Positions 17,323-28,054 of a DNA stretch of 64,000 nt are shown one piece after another. Every line of letters begins with the position of its first letter. The stretch's first letter is position 1. Source of the stretch: Pirellulales bacterium (lineage in GTDB: Bacteria; Planctomycetota; Planctomycetia; Pirellulales; UBA1268); the NCBI GenBank assembly GCA_044376405.1, contig JBILKZ010000002.1, forward strand, positions 1,466-65,465, given 5' to 3'. The notes below the pieces were generated by a model. It was not told where the DNA came from. It made no database searches and saw only the letters and a list, made by a program, of their open reading frames with translations. Made by a program: the position numbers and the translations under genes.

Positions 17323-18527
17323 GCGTGGCTGATCCGACCGGCGGTGAACAAAGCCTGCCAGGGCCCGTCCGCCGCTACCTCGACAACGCGGCCACATCGT
17401 GGCCCAAGCCGCCGGAGGTGTTTGCGGCATGGGAACAGGCCGGCCGGGTGATCGGCGCCGCCGCCGGCCGGGCCACCTATCGCGAGGCGGTCGAGGCCGA
17501 CGCGATCCGCACGCGGTGCCGGGCCGCCGTGGCCCGCCTGCTCGGCAACGTCGATCCACAGCGAGTGGCCTTCTCCGCGGGGGCGACGCTCGGGCTCAAC
17601 GTGGCGATCCATGGCCTGCTCCGTGCCGGCGACCACGTCATCGCCACGGCCGCCGATCACAACGCGACGCTCCGCCCCCTCGCATGGCTGGCGGATCGTG
17701 GCGTGATCGAACTCTCGATCGTGCCCTGCGATGGAGCGGGCCGTGTCGATCCCGACCTGGTCGTGCGGGCATGGCGGCCAGCGACGCGGCTAGTGGTCTG
17801 CTCCCATGCCTCCAACGTGACCGGTGCCGTGCAGGATGCACGGGCTTTTGCAAAGATCGCGCACGACCGCGGCGGTCTCTTCCTACTCGACGCCGCACAG
17901 TCGCTCGGCCAGATCTCCTGCACGGCCGACGGCTGCGACGCCGACATCATCGTCGCCCCCTCCCACAAGTGGCTGCTCGGGCCAGCCGGCACGGGCATCC
18001 TCTGGGTGCGTTCCGGAGTCGATCTCGAGCCGCTCATCCAGGGCGGCACGGGCTCCGCGAGCGACAGCCTCGCCATGCCCGACCGCTTCACCGACCGCAT
18101 GGAGGCGGGCACGCCCGACCTGCCTGCGCTCGCCGGCCTGCTGGCGGCGAGCGAATGGCTCGCGTCGCAGTCGATCGAGGCAATCGGCCTGCACGGCCGA
18201 CGGTGCGCCGCCGCCGCTGCCGCGAGACTGGGTGACATTGGTGGCGTGCGGGTGGTCGGGCCACACGCGACTTCCCATGACTCGAGCGGCGGAGAGGCGA
18301 TCGTGGGAATTGTGAGTTTTACGGTCGAGGGCTATGATCCCGCGGAAGTGGCCGCGCTGCTCGAGCAGTTGGCCGGGGTGCAGGTACGATCGGGCTTCCA
18401 CTGTGCCGCCTGCATCCATGCCCATCTCGGCACGCAGTCAGGCGGCACCGTGCGGGCGAGTTTTGGGCCGTTCAATACCGGCGACGATGTCGACGCGATC
18501 GTGGCAGCCGTTCAGAAACTCCGGTGA
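17319..18527 (+). CDS. class V aminotransferase-fold cysteine desulfurase
   Basis: YLDNAATSWPKP, PLP lysine context SHKWLLGPAGTGILW, and catalytic Cys context VRSGFHCA. ATGA overlap with the moaE-moaA stop. Confidence 0.85.
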   Translation: MSVADPTGGEQSLPGPVRRYLDNAATSWPKPPEVFAAWEQAGRVIGAAAGRATYREAVEADAIRTRCRAAVARLLGNVDPQRVAFSAGATLGLNVAIHGLLRAGDHVIATAADHNATLRPLAWLADRGVIELSIVPCDGAGRVDPDLVVRAWRPATRLVVCSHASNVTGAVQDARAFAKIAHDRGGLFLLDAAQSLGQISCTADGCDADIIVAPSHKWLLGPAGTGILWVRSGVDLEPLIQGGTGSASDSLAMPDRFTDRMEAGTPDLPALAGLLAASEWLASQSIEAIGLHGRRCAAAAAARLGDIGGVRVVGPHATSHDSSGGEAIVGIVSFTVEGYDPAEVAALLEQLAGVQVRSGFHCAACIHAHLGTQSGGTVRASFGPFNTGDDVDAIVAAVQKLR

Positions 18528-18562
18528 TCATCGCTGGAGTGCACACAAGTCAGGTGAAAATC

Positions 18563-18988
18563 ATGGCAGGAATCAAAAAAGAGGTCTGGTATTCCGGCGG
18601 CTTGCGGTTCCAGTGCACGCAGTGCGGTGACTGCTGCTCAGGCGCCGAGGGCTATGTCTGGGTCAACCAGGACGAGATCAACGCCATGGCCGCCAGGATC
18701 GGCATGGCTCCCGACGACTTCGAGGCGAAGCACGTGAAGCGGGTGGGCATCCGCCGGTCGCTCAAGGAGCGCCCGGGCGGCGACTGCGTGCTGCTTGACG
18801 AGAAAACCCGCAAGTGCACGGCCTACGAAGAGCGGCCGCGGCAGTGCAAGACGTGGCCGTTCTGGGATTCCAACATCCGCACGCCGGAGGCATGGGCGGA
18901 AGCCGCCGAGGCCTGTCCCGGCTGCGACAAGGGCAACCTCGTGCCGCTCGAAACGATCGTCGAGCAGGCATCGAAGATCCGGATATAG
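18563..18988 (+). CDS. YkgJ-family cysteine-cluster protein
   Basis: CTQCGDCCSG...C..., then KCTAYEERPRQCKTWPFW. AGGTGA lies 6 nt upstream of the ATG at 18563. Confidence 0.75.
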   Translation: MAGIKKEVWYSGGLRFQCTQCGDCCSGAEGYVWVNQDEINAMAARIGMAPDDFEAKHVKRVGIRRSLKERPGGDCVLLDEKTRKCTAYEERPRQCKTWPFWDSNIRTPEAWAEAAEACPGCDKGNLVPLETIVEQASKIRI

Positions 18989-18992
18989 CCGT

Positions 18993-19241
18993 TTACAACA
19001 CGCCGCCGTGTGTGCGGTAGAGCGTCATGTGCGACGGCTGGTCGAGGAACCAGATCCGCTCCCATTCGTCGGTGATCTGCCGCAGATCCTCAGACGTGTA
19101 GAGGAGTTGCTCGGCACGACGCACAGGATCGCCCGAATACATCGGGATGAGGCAGCCGGTGCTCGTCGCCAGCGCGACGGCGGCGAAGAGCAGCAACGCC
19201 ATCTTGGTGATCGTGCCGCCGAACCTATCGTGGGCCTTCAT
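18993..19241 (-). CDS. small lipoprotein, hypothetical
   Basis: MKAHDRFGGTITKMALLLFAAVALATSTGC has a lipobox-like signal. About 82 aa. Confidence 0.45.
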   Translation of the reverse strand: MKAHDRFGGTITKMALLLFAAVALATSTGCLIPMYSGDPVRRAEQLLYTSEDLRQITDEWERIWFLDQPSHMTLYRTHGGVL

Positions 19242-19473
19242 GACCTGCGCCTCCCGCATCCATTCCATGATCCGGCCCGGGATGCCGCTCGCGTTGCAGT
19301 CCGCGGCCGACGGTGCCGAGTCTCGGAACCTTCCTGCCAATCACCCGATATCACGAAGATGCCCGGGCTGGGCAAGGATGTAGCTGACGGCAATCCATTG
19401 CCGCGACGTTGATTTTTGTCGGAGCGTGCAGACGAACGGGCCAAAACACCCGCCAAGCCCCCCATCCTGCGCC

Positions 19474-19920
19474 CTACTCCTGCGCTGGCTGGGCTTCCCG
19501 TGCTGTCTGGGCTTCCTGTTCGGGCGCCGCTTCCTGATCTGACGCTGCCTGGGCGGATGAGTCGCCCGGCTGGGCGGCCTCGACCTGGTCGAGTTCCCGC
19601 ACGCGGGCCTCCATCTCCTTGCCCGGCTTGAACGTGACCACGCTCTTCGCCTGGACCGGCACACGCTCCCCCGTGCGAGGGTTGCGGGCCATCCGGGCCT
19701 CCCGCTTTTTGATCTGAAAAACGCCGAAATTCCTCAGTTCGATCCGCCCCTCTTTCACCAGGGCGTCGATTAGGGCGTCGAACGTCTTCTGCACCAACTC
19801 CTTGGTCCGGAGTTGTGGCAGTTCGATCTGCTCGGCGATCGTTCGGACAATATCTTTCTTGGTCACGGCCTGAACGCTCCGCACGGAGGGTGCGACTCGT
19901 CGGAAGTCTATGACTGGCAA
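19474..19920 (-). CDS. HU/IHF family DNA-binding protein with acidic Ala/Gln/Glu tail
   Basis: [10 protein letters not shown]...[46 protein letters not shown] possible GTG start lies at 19866. Confidence 0.85.
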   Translation of the reverse strand: MPVIDFRRVAPSVRSVQAVTKKDIVRTIAEQIELPQLRTKELVQKTFDALIDALVKEGRIELRNFGVFQIKKREARMARNPRTGERVPVQAKSVVTFKPGKEMEARVRELDQVEAAQPGDSSAQAASDQEAAPEQEAQTAREAQPAQE

Positions 19921-20207
19921 GTAGTAGTGTCAACGATCCACCTTGCCGGTCAGCCCGGCTGTTCAGGAATCTTCCACATGGAGTATCGGCGTTACATTCG
20001 GCACACTTGACAGAATCGGAACATTTTCCGGGAGGATTTAGCCGCCGATTCCGTGCCGAGCGGCAAACACGGCCACGACCTTGGGGCGGCCCAAAAACCC
20101 ACTACACTCGGGTTCCCGCGCCACTTCCGCGGTGCCGGACACTGCCCCCGTTTCCCTTCCCCCCGTTTCAACCGGGCACGCCCCCTCTTCTGCCCCAGTC
20201 TTCCGAT

Positions 20208-21257
20208 ATGCCCCCACCCGAGTCCACTGGGCCCTCCGCGGCAATGCCGACACAACCGTCAGCATCGGTGTCGGCCGCGCCGCCGGCCGTTGATCTGGCC
20301 GTCACATTGGGCCGGCTCCGGCTGCCCAACCCGATCATGGTCGCCTCCGGCACGTTCGGCTACGGCCGGGAGATGACCGGCTTCCTCGACCTTGCGCGAC
20401 TGGGCGGCGTCGTGCCGAAGACCATCACGCCGCTGCCCCGCCAGGGCAACGTGCCATGGCGGACGGTGGAAACCGCGGCCGGCCTGCTCAATTCGATCGG
20501 GCTCGACAACGACGGTGTGGAATCGTTCCTGGCGCACCAACTCCCGTTCCTGGTGCGGTGCGGTGCGCCGGTGATCGTGAGCATCGCGGGGGGATCGCAG
20601 GCCGATTTCGTCGCGCTGGCCTCGCAATTGGACGGGGTGCCGGGCATCGCGGCGATCGAACTCAACATCTCCTGCCCGAACGTGAGCCATGGCATCGACA
20701 TGGGCACCGACCCGGTGGCCTGTCGCGGCGTGGTGGAGGGCGTGCGGCGGGCGACCTCACTCCCCGTGCTCGCCAAGCTCACTCCCAATGTCACCAGCAT
20801 CGTGGAGATCGCCCGGGCGGCCCGGGATGGCGGCGCCGATGCGGTCACGCTCATCAACACCTGCCAGGGCATGGCCGTCGACTGGCGCCGCAGGCGGCCG
20901 ATGCTTGGCAACGTCATCGGCGGCCTGAGCGGGCCGGCCATCAAGCCAATCGCGCTGCGGTGCGTTCACCAGGTGCGACAGGCGGTCGACATCCCCATCG
21001 TCGGCGTCGGCGGCATCATGACCATCGACGACTGCATGGAATTCTTCGTGACCGGGGCCTCGGCCGTGCAGATCGGCACCGCCAACTTCGCCGAGCCGGT
21101 CGCGTCGGCCAGGCTGCTCGACGCCCTCCCCGCGGCGCTGGCCGAGTTGGGTGCGACCGGCGTGGCCGGCGTGATTGGAACGCTCGCCCTGCCGCAGCGA
21201 GCCCCCTGCGTGCCCGCAGCCGCCTCTTCCTCTGAAAGCCAGCGCCATGCCCACTGA
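20208..21257 (+). CDS. pyrD: dihydroorotate dehydrogenase, class 1
   Basis: [37 protein letters not shown], and [14 protein letters not shown]...VGVGGI. Start is at 20208 or 20244. The track start at 20007 adds a Pro/Arg-rich leader. Confidence 0.9.
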   Translation: MPPPESTGPSAAMPTQPSASVSAAPPAVDLAVTLGRLRLPNPIMVASGTFGYGREMTGFLDLARLGGVVPKTITPLPRQGNVPWRTVETAAGLLNSIGLDNDGVESFLAHQLPFLVRCGAPVIVSIAGGSQADFVALASQLDGVPGIAAIELNISCPNVSHGIDMGTDPVACRGVVEGVRRATSLPVLAKLTPNVTSIVEIARAARDGGADAVTLINTCQGMAVDWRRRRPMLGNVIGGLSGPAIKPIALRCVHQVRQAVDIPIVGVGGIMTIDDCMEFFVTGASAVQIGTANFAEPVASARLLDALPAALAELGATGVAGVIGTLALPQRAPCVPAAASSSESQRHAH

Positions 21258-22329
21258 CGGCAACAACTCGCCTCTCCCAAAGCCTCCGGCCCCCACCCGA
21301 GTGCTGTCTGGCATCCAGCCGACTGGCCGCTTCCACTGGGGCAACTACTTCGGCGCGATCCGGCAATACATCGACCTCCAGACGGCGGGCGAGGCCTATT
21401 ACTTCATCGCTGACCTGCACGCACTCACCACCGTCCGAGAGCCCGATCGACTGCGGGCGCTGGTGCACGACGCCGCCGTCGACCTCGTGTCGCTGGGTCT
21501 CGATCCCGACCACGCCACGCTCTTCGTGCAGTCGGACGTGCCCGAGGTGACTGAGCTCACATGGCTCCTCATGACCGTGACGCCGATGGGGCTCCTCGAG
21601 CGCTGCCACGCCTACAAGGACAAGAAGACCCGCGGCCTGCCGGCCGATGCCGGTCTCTTCACCTATCCTGTGCTGATGAGCGCCGACATTCTGGCCTACG
21701 ACGCGACGGTGGTGCCCGTCGGCGAGGATCAGGTGCAGCACATCGAGGTCTGCCGCGATCTGGCCGGCACGTTCAACCACCTCTACGGCGAGGTGTTCAC
21801 TCTCCCGAAGCCAAGGCTGGTGGAGGGCGGCGGCCGCGTGCCGGGCACCGACGGCCAGAAGATGAGCAAGAGCTACGACAACACGCTCGACGTGTTCGAG
21901 GATCTTGCCGCGCAGAAGAAGAAGATCATGCGGATCACGACCGACTCCCGCGCCATGGAGGAGCCGAAGAACCCCGACGACGACCATCTCTACGCGCTCT
22001 ATTCGCTCATGGCCCCGGAGGCCGACCGAGCGAAGATGGCCGACCTCTACCGCCGCGGCGGCTTTGGCTATGGCGAGGTGAAGAAGGCGCTCGTGGAGGC
22101 ATCGGCCCAGTTCTTCGCTGAAGCGCGGGCACGACGGGCCGCGCTCGAAGCAGACCCAGACCGGATCGATGCGATTCTCACCGCCGGAGCCGAGCGTGCC
22201 CGAGCCAAGGCCCGCGACGTGCTCGACCGAGCCCGACGGGCCTGCGGCCTGACGCGTGGCAAGGCTGGCAAACCCACCATCTCAGGCCAGCCCGCAGGAA
22301 AACCGTCTGGAAAAGGGGGCCGAGCATGA
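21247..22329 (+). CDS. trpS: tryptophan--tRNA ligase
   Basis: [20 protein letters not shown] (HIGH region), GEDQVQHIE, and KMSKS. Overlaps the pyrD stop by 11 nt. Confidence 0.93.
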   Translation: MPTDGNNSPLPKPPAPTRVLSGIQPTGRFHWGNYFGAIRQYIDLQTAGEAYYFIADLHALTTVREPDRLRALVHDAAVDLVSLGLDPDHATLFVQSDVPEVTELTWLLMTVTPMGLLERCHAYKDKKTRGLPADAGLFTYPVLMSADILAYDATVVPVGEDQVQHIEVCRDLAGTFNHLYGEVFTLPKPRLVEGGGRVPGTDGQKMSKSYDNTLDVFEDLAAQKKKIMRITTDSRAMEEPKNPDDDHLYALYSLMAPEADRAKMADLYRRGGFGYGEVKKALVEASAQFFAEARARRAALEADPDRIDAILTAGAERARAKARDVLDRARRACGLTRGKAGKPTISGQPAGKPSGKGGRA

Positions 22330-22745
22330 ACGTTCTCGGAGTCGGCACCGACATCACCGAATGTCTGCGGATCGCGCAGATGATCGAACGCCACGGTGAA
22401 CTGTTCATCGACCGCGTCTACACACCACTCGAGATCGAATACTGCCGCAGCCGGCGGATGGCCACGCAGCACTTCGCAGGCCGCTGGGCCGCCAAAGAGG
22501 CGGTGCTCAAGGCGATGGGCACCGGCTGGCGGCGGGGCATCAGTTGGCGCGACATCGAGGTCAGAAACGGCCCCGGCGGCCGGCCGCAGGCGTTTCTCAA
22601 GGGGGGCACACAGGAGATCGCCGAGAAAATGGGGATCCACTGCATCCTCGTGAGCATCTCCCACTGCCGCTCGCACGCCACGGGCTTTGCCATCGCACTC
22701 GACGAGACCCCCACCACATTCACCGGCGATCCGCCGTGGCTGTGA
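22326..22745 (+). CDS. acpS: holo-[acyl-carrier-protein] synthase
   Basis: [13 protein letters not shown]...[18 protein letters not shown]...ISISH. ATGA overlap with trpS. Confidence 0.9.
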   Translation: MNVLGVGTDITECLRIAQMIERHGELFIDRVYTPLEIEYCRSRRMATQHFAGRWAAKEAVLKAMGTGWRRGISWRDIEVRNGPGGRPQAFLKGGTQEIAEKMGIHCILVSISHCRSHATGFAIALDETPTTFTGDPPWL

Positions 22746-22852
22746 GGGATAGCGTGGTGCGCGGACTGGCGTTCCACCCGGAGTCCCCCGGCTTGCGCCG
22801 GGGGCTTGTATGGTGGCTTCACGCCGGGCGCGGCCTTCCGGGCCGCCCCGCC

Positions 22853-25627
22853 TCAGCCCGCGAACGCCGCGAGTTCGGCGACCCCGCCCTCCATCTGGAG
22901 CGACGCCAGCGGCGTGCCCTCCGTCACGGGCGTGGCGCCGTCGCGCCTGGTCAGTGAAAGCTTCGTCTGACTGGCCATGAGAGCTGCCAAATCCCGCTCG
23001 AGTTCCTTCTGCCGGGGCTCCGATAGCTTCGTGAAGGCCTCGCGTCCCCGGCACTTGGGGAACGCGCGGCAGCCGAGCCACGGCCCGCGCTTCCCTTCGC
23101 GCAGGTTCATGACATTGCCGCACTTGGGGCAGGCGATGTCGGTGACCAGCGGTGGCGGTGACGGAAACTTGATGTTTCCCTTCTTGTCGAGGTTGAGAAT
23201 GAACGGCGGCGGCTCGGCCGGCGTCGCCTCGGCCGCCTTTTTTCCGCGAGGCTTTACGGGCCGCGGCTTGTCCTCGACGAGAAAATCGCCAAACCGTCCG
23301 GTGCGTTTGACCATCGGAACGCCGGCCGGAGACAGCAGGTCGATCTGCTCTGGAAGGAGCGGCCGCCGCTGGCGGTCGACCGGCATCGCGAAGCTACAGG
23401 CGGGCTGTTCCTTCGGCTTGGCGGGCTTTCGCTTCTTCCCCTTCGCGGTCGTTTTCGGCGCGGCCGCCGGCACGAGGATCTTCTCGTTGTAGCCGCTGCA
23501 CGAGAGAAACTCTCCCTTGCCGCCCAAGCGATATTCGAGCCGCCTGCCGCACTCCGGACAGGCATACGGCGAAGGATCCGACTTGGCCTTCTCGTGCGGC
23601 TCATCCATCGCGCTTTCGAGCTTGGGCGCGAGTTCGTCATGGAACTCGTGGAGCATGTCGGTCCACCGCTTGGTGCCCTGCGCCACCTGGTCGAGCTCGC
23701 GTTCGATCTCCCGCGTGTATCCGATCTCGATGAACTGGTCGCGGAAGCCCCGCTTGAGGAATCCGGTGACCGCCTCGCCGATGGCCGTCGCGTGGAATCG
23801 TCGCTCCTGCTGCACGACGTAGCCGCGGTTCTCGATCACGTTGATGATGCTGGCGTAGGTCGAGGGACGGCCGATCCCCTCCTCCTCCATCTTCTTGACG
23901 AGCGTCGCTTCGGTGTAGCGGGGTGGCGGCGACTGGAACTTCTGCCGCGGCTCGATCTCGAAGGGCGCCAGCTCCGCACCCTTCTTGAAATCGGGCAGCA
24001 CCTGGTCACCGTCGTCCTTGGGCGTGCCGCTCACCGCATAAAAACCGTCGAACCGCAGCACGCGGCCGCTCGCCTTGAACACGGCGCCGGTGTCGCGGTC
24101 GCTCCGTCGCATGCGGACACTCGTCGAATCCCATTCGGCGTCGGTCGCCTGGCAGGCGAGGAAGCTCTGCCAGATCAATCGATAGACCTTCATCTGCTCA
24201 TCGGTGAGCGCCGAAGCGATGCTGTCGGGATCCCGAGCCGCGTCGGTTGGCCGGATCGCCTCGTGGGCCTCCTGGGCGCTCTCGTTGGAGCTCGAGAAGG
24301 AGCGGGGCTTCTCCGGCACATACTTCCCTCCGAACCGCTGCTCGAGGTAGCGACGCGCCATGTCCACCGCCTCTTTGGAGAGGTTGGTCGAGTCGGTACG
24401 CATGTAGGTGATCAGCCCCACCCGGCCCTCGCCCGGCAGGTCGATGCCCTCGTAGAGCTGCTGGGCGATCCGCATCGTGCGGTCGGTCGACATGCCCAGC
24501 CGGCTGCTGGCGGCCTGCTGCAGGGTGCTTGTGATGAACGGCGGGTACGGCCGCGAACGGGTCCGCGTGACGTCGATCGATTCGACGGTAAACCGGGCTG
24601 CGGGGTCTGGTCGGCCGGTGATCCGCACGACATTTTTACCGCGGCCTTTGCCGTCGGCCACGGCCTCACGATCGACGCTCACGTCGATCAGACCGGCTGC
24701 CTCGGCGGCCTGACTGGCCGTCACGGCGAGGTCGATGGCCGAGTCCTTGTCTGCCTCGATCCGCAGCGGCTTGCCGCCCACCTCGACCAGATCGCACGAC
24801 AGCGCACGTCGATCGGCCAGCCACGCCATCCGGTCCCTCACCAGAGGAGCCCGACCACGCTCATCGCGCTTCGTCATCAGCGCTGCCCACTGTGCATGCA
24901 AGGCGACGGCGGAACTTAAGTCGAAGGTCATGTTGGCGGAGATGTCCCACGACTCGGCCGGCGTAAATTCCCGAATCTCCTGTTCGCGTTCGACGACGAT
25001 CCGCGTGGCCACGCTCTGCACACGGCCGGCGCTCAAGCCGCCCGCCACCTTTTTCCAGAGGATCGGCGACACCTGATAGCCCACGATGCGGTCGACGATC
25101 CGCCGCGCCTGCTGCGCCTCGACCCGCGGCATGTTGATGACGCGGGGCTCCCGGAAGGCCCGCTGTACCTCGGTCTTGGTGATGGCATCGAAGGTCACCC
25201 GCTTGGCGTGGGCGGGATCGACGCCGAGCACCTGCGTGAGGTGCCATGCGATCGCCTCCCCCTCGCGATCCAAGTCGGTGGCGAACCAGACCTCACTGGC
25301 TCCCTTGGCGAGCCGGCGGAGTTCGGAGACGGTCTTGGTTTTGTTGTCGTCGATTTCGTAGGTCGGGGCGAAATCGTGGTCGAGATCGACGCCTGGAACA
25401 GCCTGTTTGGAGCCCCGGGGGGCCTTGCTCGGCAGGTCGCGGATGTGGCCGATCGAAGCTTTCACGACGAATCCCGGGCCGAGATACTTCTCGATGGTCT
25501 TCGCCTTGGCGGGGCTCTCGACGATCACGAGCTGGAAATCGCCCTTCGCCGCGGCCGTCGTCTTGGCCGTGGTCGATTCGGCACGGCTACGCTTCGCGGC
25601 TGGTCGTTTGGAGGTCTTTTTGGCCAT
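22853..25627 (-). CDS. topA: DNA topoisomerase I
   Basis: TOPRIM LVIVESPAKAKTIEKYLG...ATDLDREGEAIAWH, active-site region LITYMRTDS, and C-terminal Cys4 ribbons (CPECG...C, CPKCG...C). The ATG at 25627 is preferred. Confidence 0.95.
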   Translation of the reverse strand: MAKKTSKRPAAKRSRAESTTAKTTAAAKGDFQLVIVESPAKAKTIEKYLGPGFVVKASIGHIRDLPSKAPRGSKQAVPGVDLDHDFAPTYEIDDNKTKTVSELRRLAKGASEVWFATDLDREGEAIAWHLTQVLGVDPAHAKRVTFDAITKTEVQRAFREPRVINMPRVEAQQARRIVDRIVGYQVSPILWKKVAGGLSAGRVQSVATRIVVEREQEIREFTPAESWDISANMTFDLSSAVALHAQWAALMTKRDERGRAPLVRDRMAWLADRRALSCDLVEVGGKPLRIEADKDSAIDLAVTASQAAEAAGLIDVSVDREAVADGKGRGKNVVRITGRPDPAARFTVESIDVTRTRSRPYPPFITSTLQQAASSRLGMSTDRTMRIAQQLYEGIDLPGEGRVGLITYMRTDSTNLSKEAVDMARRYLEQRFGGKYVPEKPRSFSSSNESAQEAHEAIRPTDAARDPDSIASALTDEQMKVYRLIWQSFLACQATDAEWDSTSVRMRRSDRDTGAVFKASGRVLRFDGFYAVSGTPKDDGDQVLPDFKKGAELAPFEIEPRQKFQSPPPRYTEATLVKKMEEEGIGRPSTYASIINVIENRGYVVQQERRFHATAIGEAVTGFLKRGFRDQFIEIGYTREIERELDQVAQGTKRWTDMLHEFHDELAPKLESAMDEPHEKAKSDPSPYACPECGRRLEYRLGGKGEFLSCSGYNEKILVPAAAPKTTAKGKKRKPAKPKEQPACSFAMPVDRQRRPLLPEQIDLLSPAGVPMVKRTGRFGDFLVEDKPRPVKPRGKKAAEATPAEPPPFILNLDKKGNIKFPSPPPLVTDIACPKCGNVMNLREGKRGPWLGCRAFPKCRGREAFTKLSEPRQKELERDLAALMASQTKLSLTRRDGATPVTEGTPLASLQMEGGVAELAAFAG

Positions 25628-25806
25628 CGGGAGAACGTCGCCTGGGTGGATTTTTGGTGAACGATGCCAGCATCGGGATTGGCGCAAACCGGCCCAGCGC
25701 TACAATCTGCGGCCTGTCCGCAGGTCTCCAAAGCGTTACCCTGCCCTCAAGTCCCTTGTCAAGCCTCGGCGGTTCTACCGTCCGAGAACAGCTCACAGGC
25801 GGTGCC

Positions 25807-28029
25807 ATGGTCGGCTCCTTTGAAATTTTTCGCAAATACCAGCGTTCCCTGCTCGTATTTGTGGCAATCCTCGCAATGCTCGCGTTTTTCGTGCTGCCTC
25901 CGTTCCTGCAGATGGGCGGCTCAGCCGCGTCTCAGGATCCCGTGGCCGTCACCTGGAACGGAGGCGAACTGCGAGAGGGTGGACTCGAGAGAACCGTCGC
26001 CATGCGTTCGCTCGTGAACCGTTTCCTGATGGAGTCGGCGGCAGCCGGCGGCCGCGATCCATCCCGAATGCCGCTGCTGCCCGAGGGGGAAGAACAGACC
26101 GTACAAACAGCCCTGCTCGCCCAAGACGCCAAAGCCAACGGCATCGTCGTGAGTGATCAGAGCATCAACGATTTCCTCGGGCAGTGGACCGGCAACCTCG
26201 TGCGGCAGGAGCAGTTCGACGAAATCCTCTCCCGTCTCCGGCTTGGGCCGTTTCCCCTGACGCAACGCGATCTCTTCGAAGTGCTGCGGACGGAACTCGC
26301 TGCCCGCACGATGCTGATGCTCCATCAGTCGGCCCTCAGTGCCGACCCGCCGGGCTGGCAGTGGGACTACTTCCGTCGGCTCGAGCAGCAGTCCACGGTG
26401 GAAGTGGTGCCGGTCGTCGTGGAGAACTTTGCAGGCGATGTGCCTGCGCCATCGGAGTCGGCGCTCCGTGCCTTCTATGAAAAATACAAGAACGACCTGC
26501 CCCAGGCCCGCAGTGCCGATCCGGGCTTTCGAGAGCCCCACCGCGTGCAATACGAATACCTCGTTGCCAAGCGTGGGCTGTTCGAAGAGGAGGCCGCGAA
26601 GGAGGTGACCGACGAGCAGGTCGCCGAATACTATGAGAAGAACAAGACGTCGATGTTTCGCGCGAAGCCGACCGCACCGGAGGCGAAGCCCACTGCAACC
26701 GGAGAAAAGGCGACCGAGCCGGAAGCGAAGCCGGCTGAGACTGAAGCCAAGCCTGCGGCTAATGACGCCAAGCCAGCGGCCACGGAAGCCAAGCCTGCGG
26801 CCACCGACGCCAAGCCAGCTGAAACGCCGGCCAAACCTGCCGACCCCGCCGCCGCCCCCAAGCCAGCCGACGTGAAACCGGAGGCTACCCCCGCCGCCCC
26901 CAAGGGTGCTGCCATCGGCGGCAGCGCTTTCCGGACAGTGTCTTTCAAGCAGCCGGCTGAAAAGCCTGCTGAGACGGCAGCCAAGCCCGCTGCCGACGAG
27001 AAGTCTGCCGTCGAGAAGAAAGAGGAAAAGAAAGACGAGAAGGTTGCCGGCGAGAAGCCTGCCGACGAAAAGAAAGACGATACGAAAACCGAAGAAGCGG
27101 CACAGTTCGAACCGCTCGACGCGGTGAAGGACGACATCCGCAAGCGGCTGGCACGGGAACGGGCCGAAGCCCGGATCGACGCCGTCTTCACGGCCGTGGC
27201 TGGCGATGTCGGCCGCTATGCCGAGGACTACGCTCTTTGGCAGGCGAGGAAGCCCGCAGGCGTCGAGGCCCCGCGGCCTCCCGACCTGACCAAGATCGCG
27301 GAAAAACAGGGGCTGGAATCGGGCCGCTCCGACCTGGTCGCTCCCGATGCAGCCTTCGCCGCCGGTGGCATTGGCGGCAGTTTTGAATTCGTTCAGGATC
27401 CCTCCAGCCGCTTTGGCATCCGTCAGCAGCGCTGGCTCGACCAGATGTTCGGGGCCGGATCGATGTCGTTGCGGCCCATTCGCTCACGCGATGTCGAGGG
27501 CAACCGCTACCTGTCGTGGCGAACGGAGGACCAGCCCGAGTTCACGCCGTCGTTTGAGACCGCTCGTTCGGGCGTGGAACGAGCCTGGAGGATCGTCGAG
27601 GGCCGCAGCCTGGCCAAAAAACGCGCTGAGTCACTCGCCCAGCAACCCGGCTCCGGTGGCGACGAGACGAAGGCCGTTAAGGTCGGTCCATTCTCCTGGC
27701 TCACGCAGGGCATGGGTGGCGGAGCCCCGGTTCTGTCGCAGCCCGAAGGCATATCGATGCCCGGCGACGAATTCATGCGGGCCGTGTCCTCCCTGGAGCC
27801 GGGTAAGACGGCCGTCGCGTTCAACGAGCCACGGACCGTCTGCTACGTGATCCGGCTCGTCTTGCAGGAGCCGCCCTCGGCAGAACTGCAGGAGAAGTTT
27901 CTGGCCGGCCGCAATGACCGGCAGAAGATTGGCATGGTCGCACAGCGGGAGGCGTCTACGACCTTCCGCGAGCTGATCGAGGGCATGGAGAAGCGGTACC
28001 GCCTCGATTGGAAGCGGCAGCCAAGGTAG
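25807..28029 (+). CDS. membrane-anchored PpiD/SurA-N-like periplasmic chaperone with low-complexity insert
   Basis: N-terminal FRKYQRSLLVFVAILAMLAFFVLPPF anchor and SurA-N-like region. A long Ala/Lys/Pro/Glu linker. No clear parvulin motif was seen. Confidence 0.6.
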   Translation: MVGSFEIFRKYQRSLLVFVAILAMLAFFVLPPFLQMGGSAASQDPVAVTWNGGELREGGLERTVAMRSLVNRFLMESAAAGGRDPSRMPLLPEGEEQTVQTALLAQDAKANGIVVSDQSINDFLGQWTGNLVRQEQFDEILSRLRLGPFPLTQRDLFEVLRTELAARTMLMLHQSALSADPPGWQWDYFRRLEQQSTVEVVPVVVENFAGDVPAPSESALRAFYEKYKNDLPQARSADPGFREPHRVQYEYLVAKRGLFEEEAAKEVTDEQVAEYYEKNKTSMFRAKPTAPEAKPTATGEKATEPEAKPAETEAKPAANDAKPAATEAKPAATDAKPAETPAKPADPAAAPKPADVKPEATPAAPKGAAIGGSAFRTVSFKQPAEKPAETAAKPAADEKSAVEKKEEKKDEKVAGEKPADEKKDDTKTEEAAQFEPLDAVKDDIRKRLARERAEARIDAVFTAVAGDVGRYAEDYALWQARKPAGVEAPRPPDLTKIAEKQGLESGRSDLVAPDAAFAAGGIGGSFEFVQDPSSRFGIRQQRWLDQMFGAGSMSLRPIRSRDVEGNRYLSWRTEDQPEFTPSFETARSGVERAWRIVEGRSLAKKRAESLAQQPGSGGDETKAVKVGPFSWLTQGMGGGAPVLSQPEGISMPGDEFMRAVSSLEPGKTAVAFNEPRTVCYVIRLVLQEPPSAELQEKFLAGRNDRQKIGMVAQREASTTFRELIEGMEKRYRLDWKRQPR
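26661..26900 (+). repeat. in-frame 21-nt (heptad xAKPAAT) tandem repeats
   Basis: PEAKPTAT/PEAKPAET/EAKPAAN/DAKPAAT/EAKPAAT/DAKPAET/PAKPADP, visible at DNA level as gccaagcc(a/t)gcggc units. Confidence 0.8.
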
Positions 28030-28054
28030 GCCCCTTCGATCCGTACGGTTTTTG

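Noticed and set aside
19992-20265. Short ORFs in the IHF-pyrD divergent region, and a TTGACA at 20006
   Set aside because: The ORFs are Arg/Gly-rich with no support. The TTGACA has no acceptable -10 element at 16-18 nt, so no promoter call was made.
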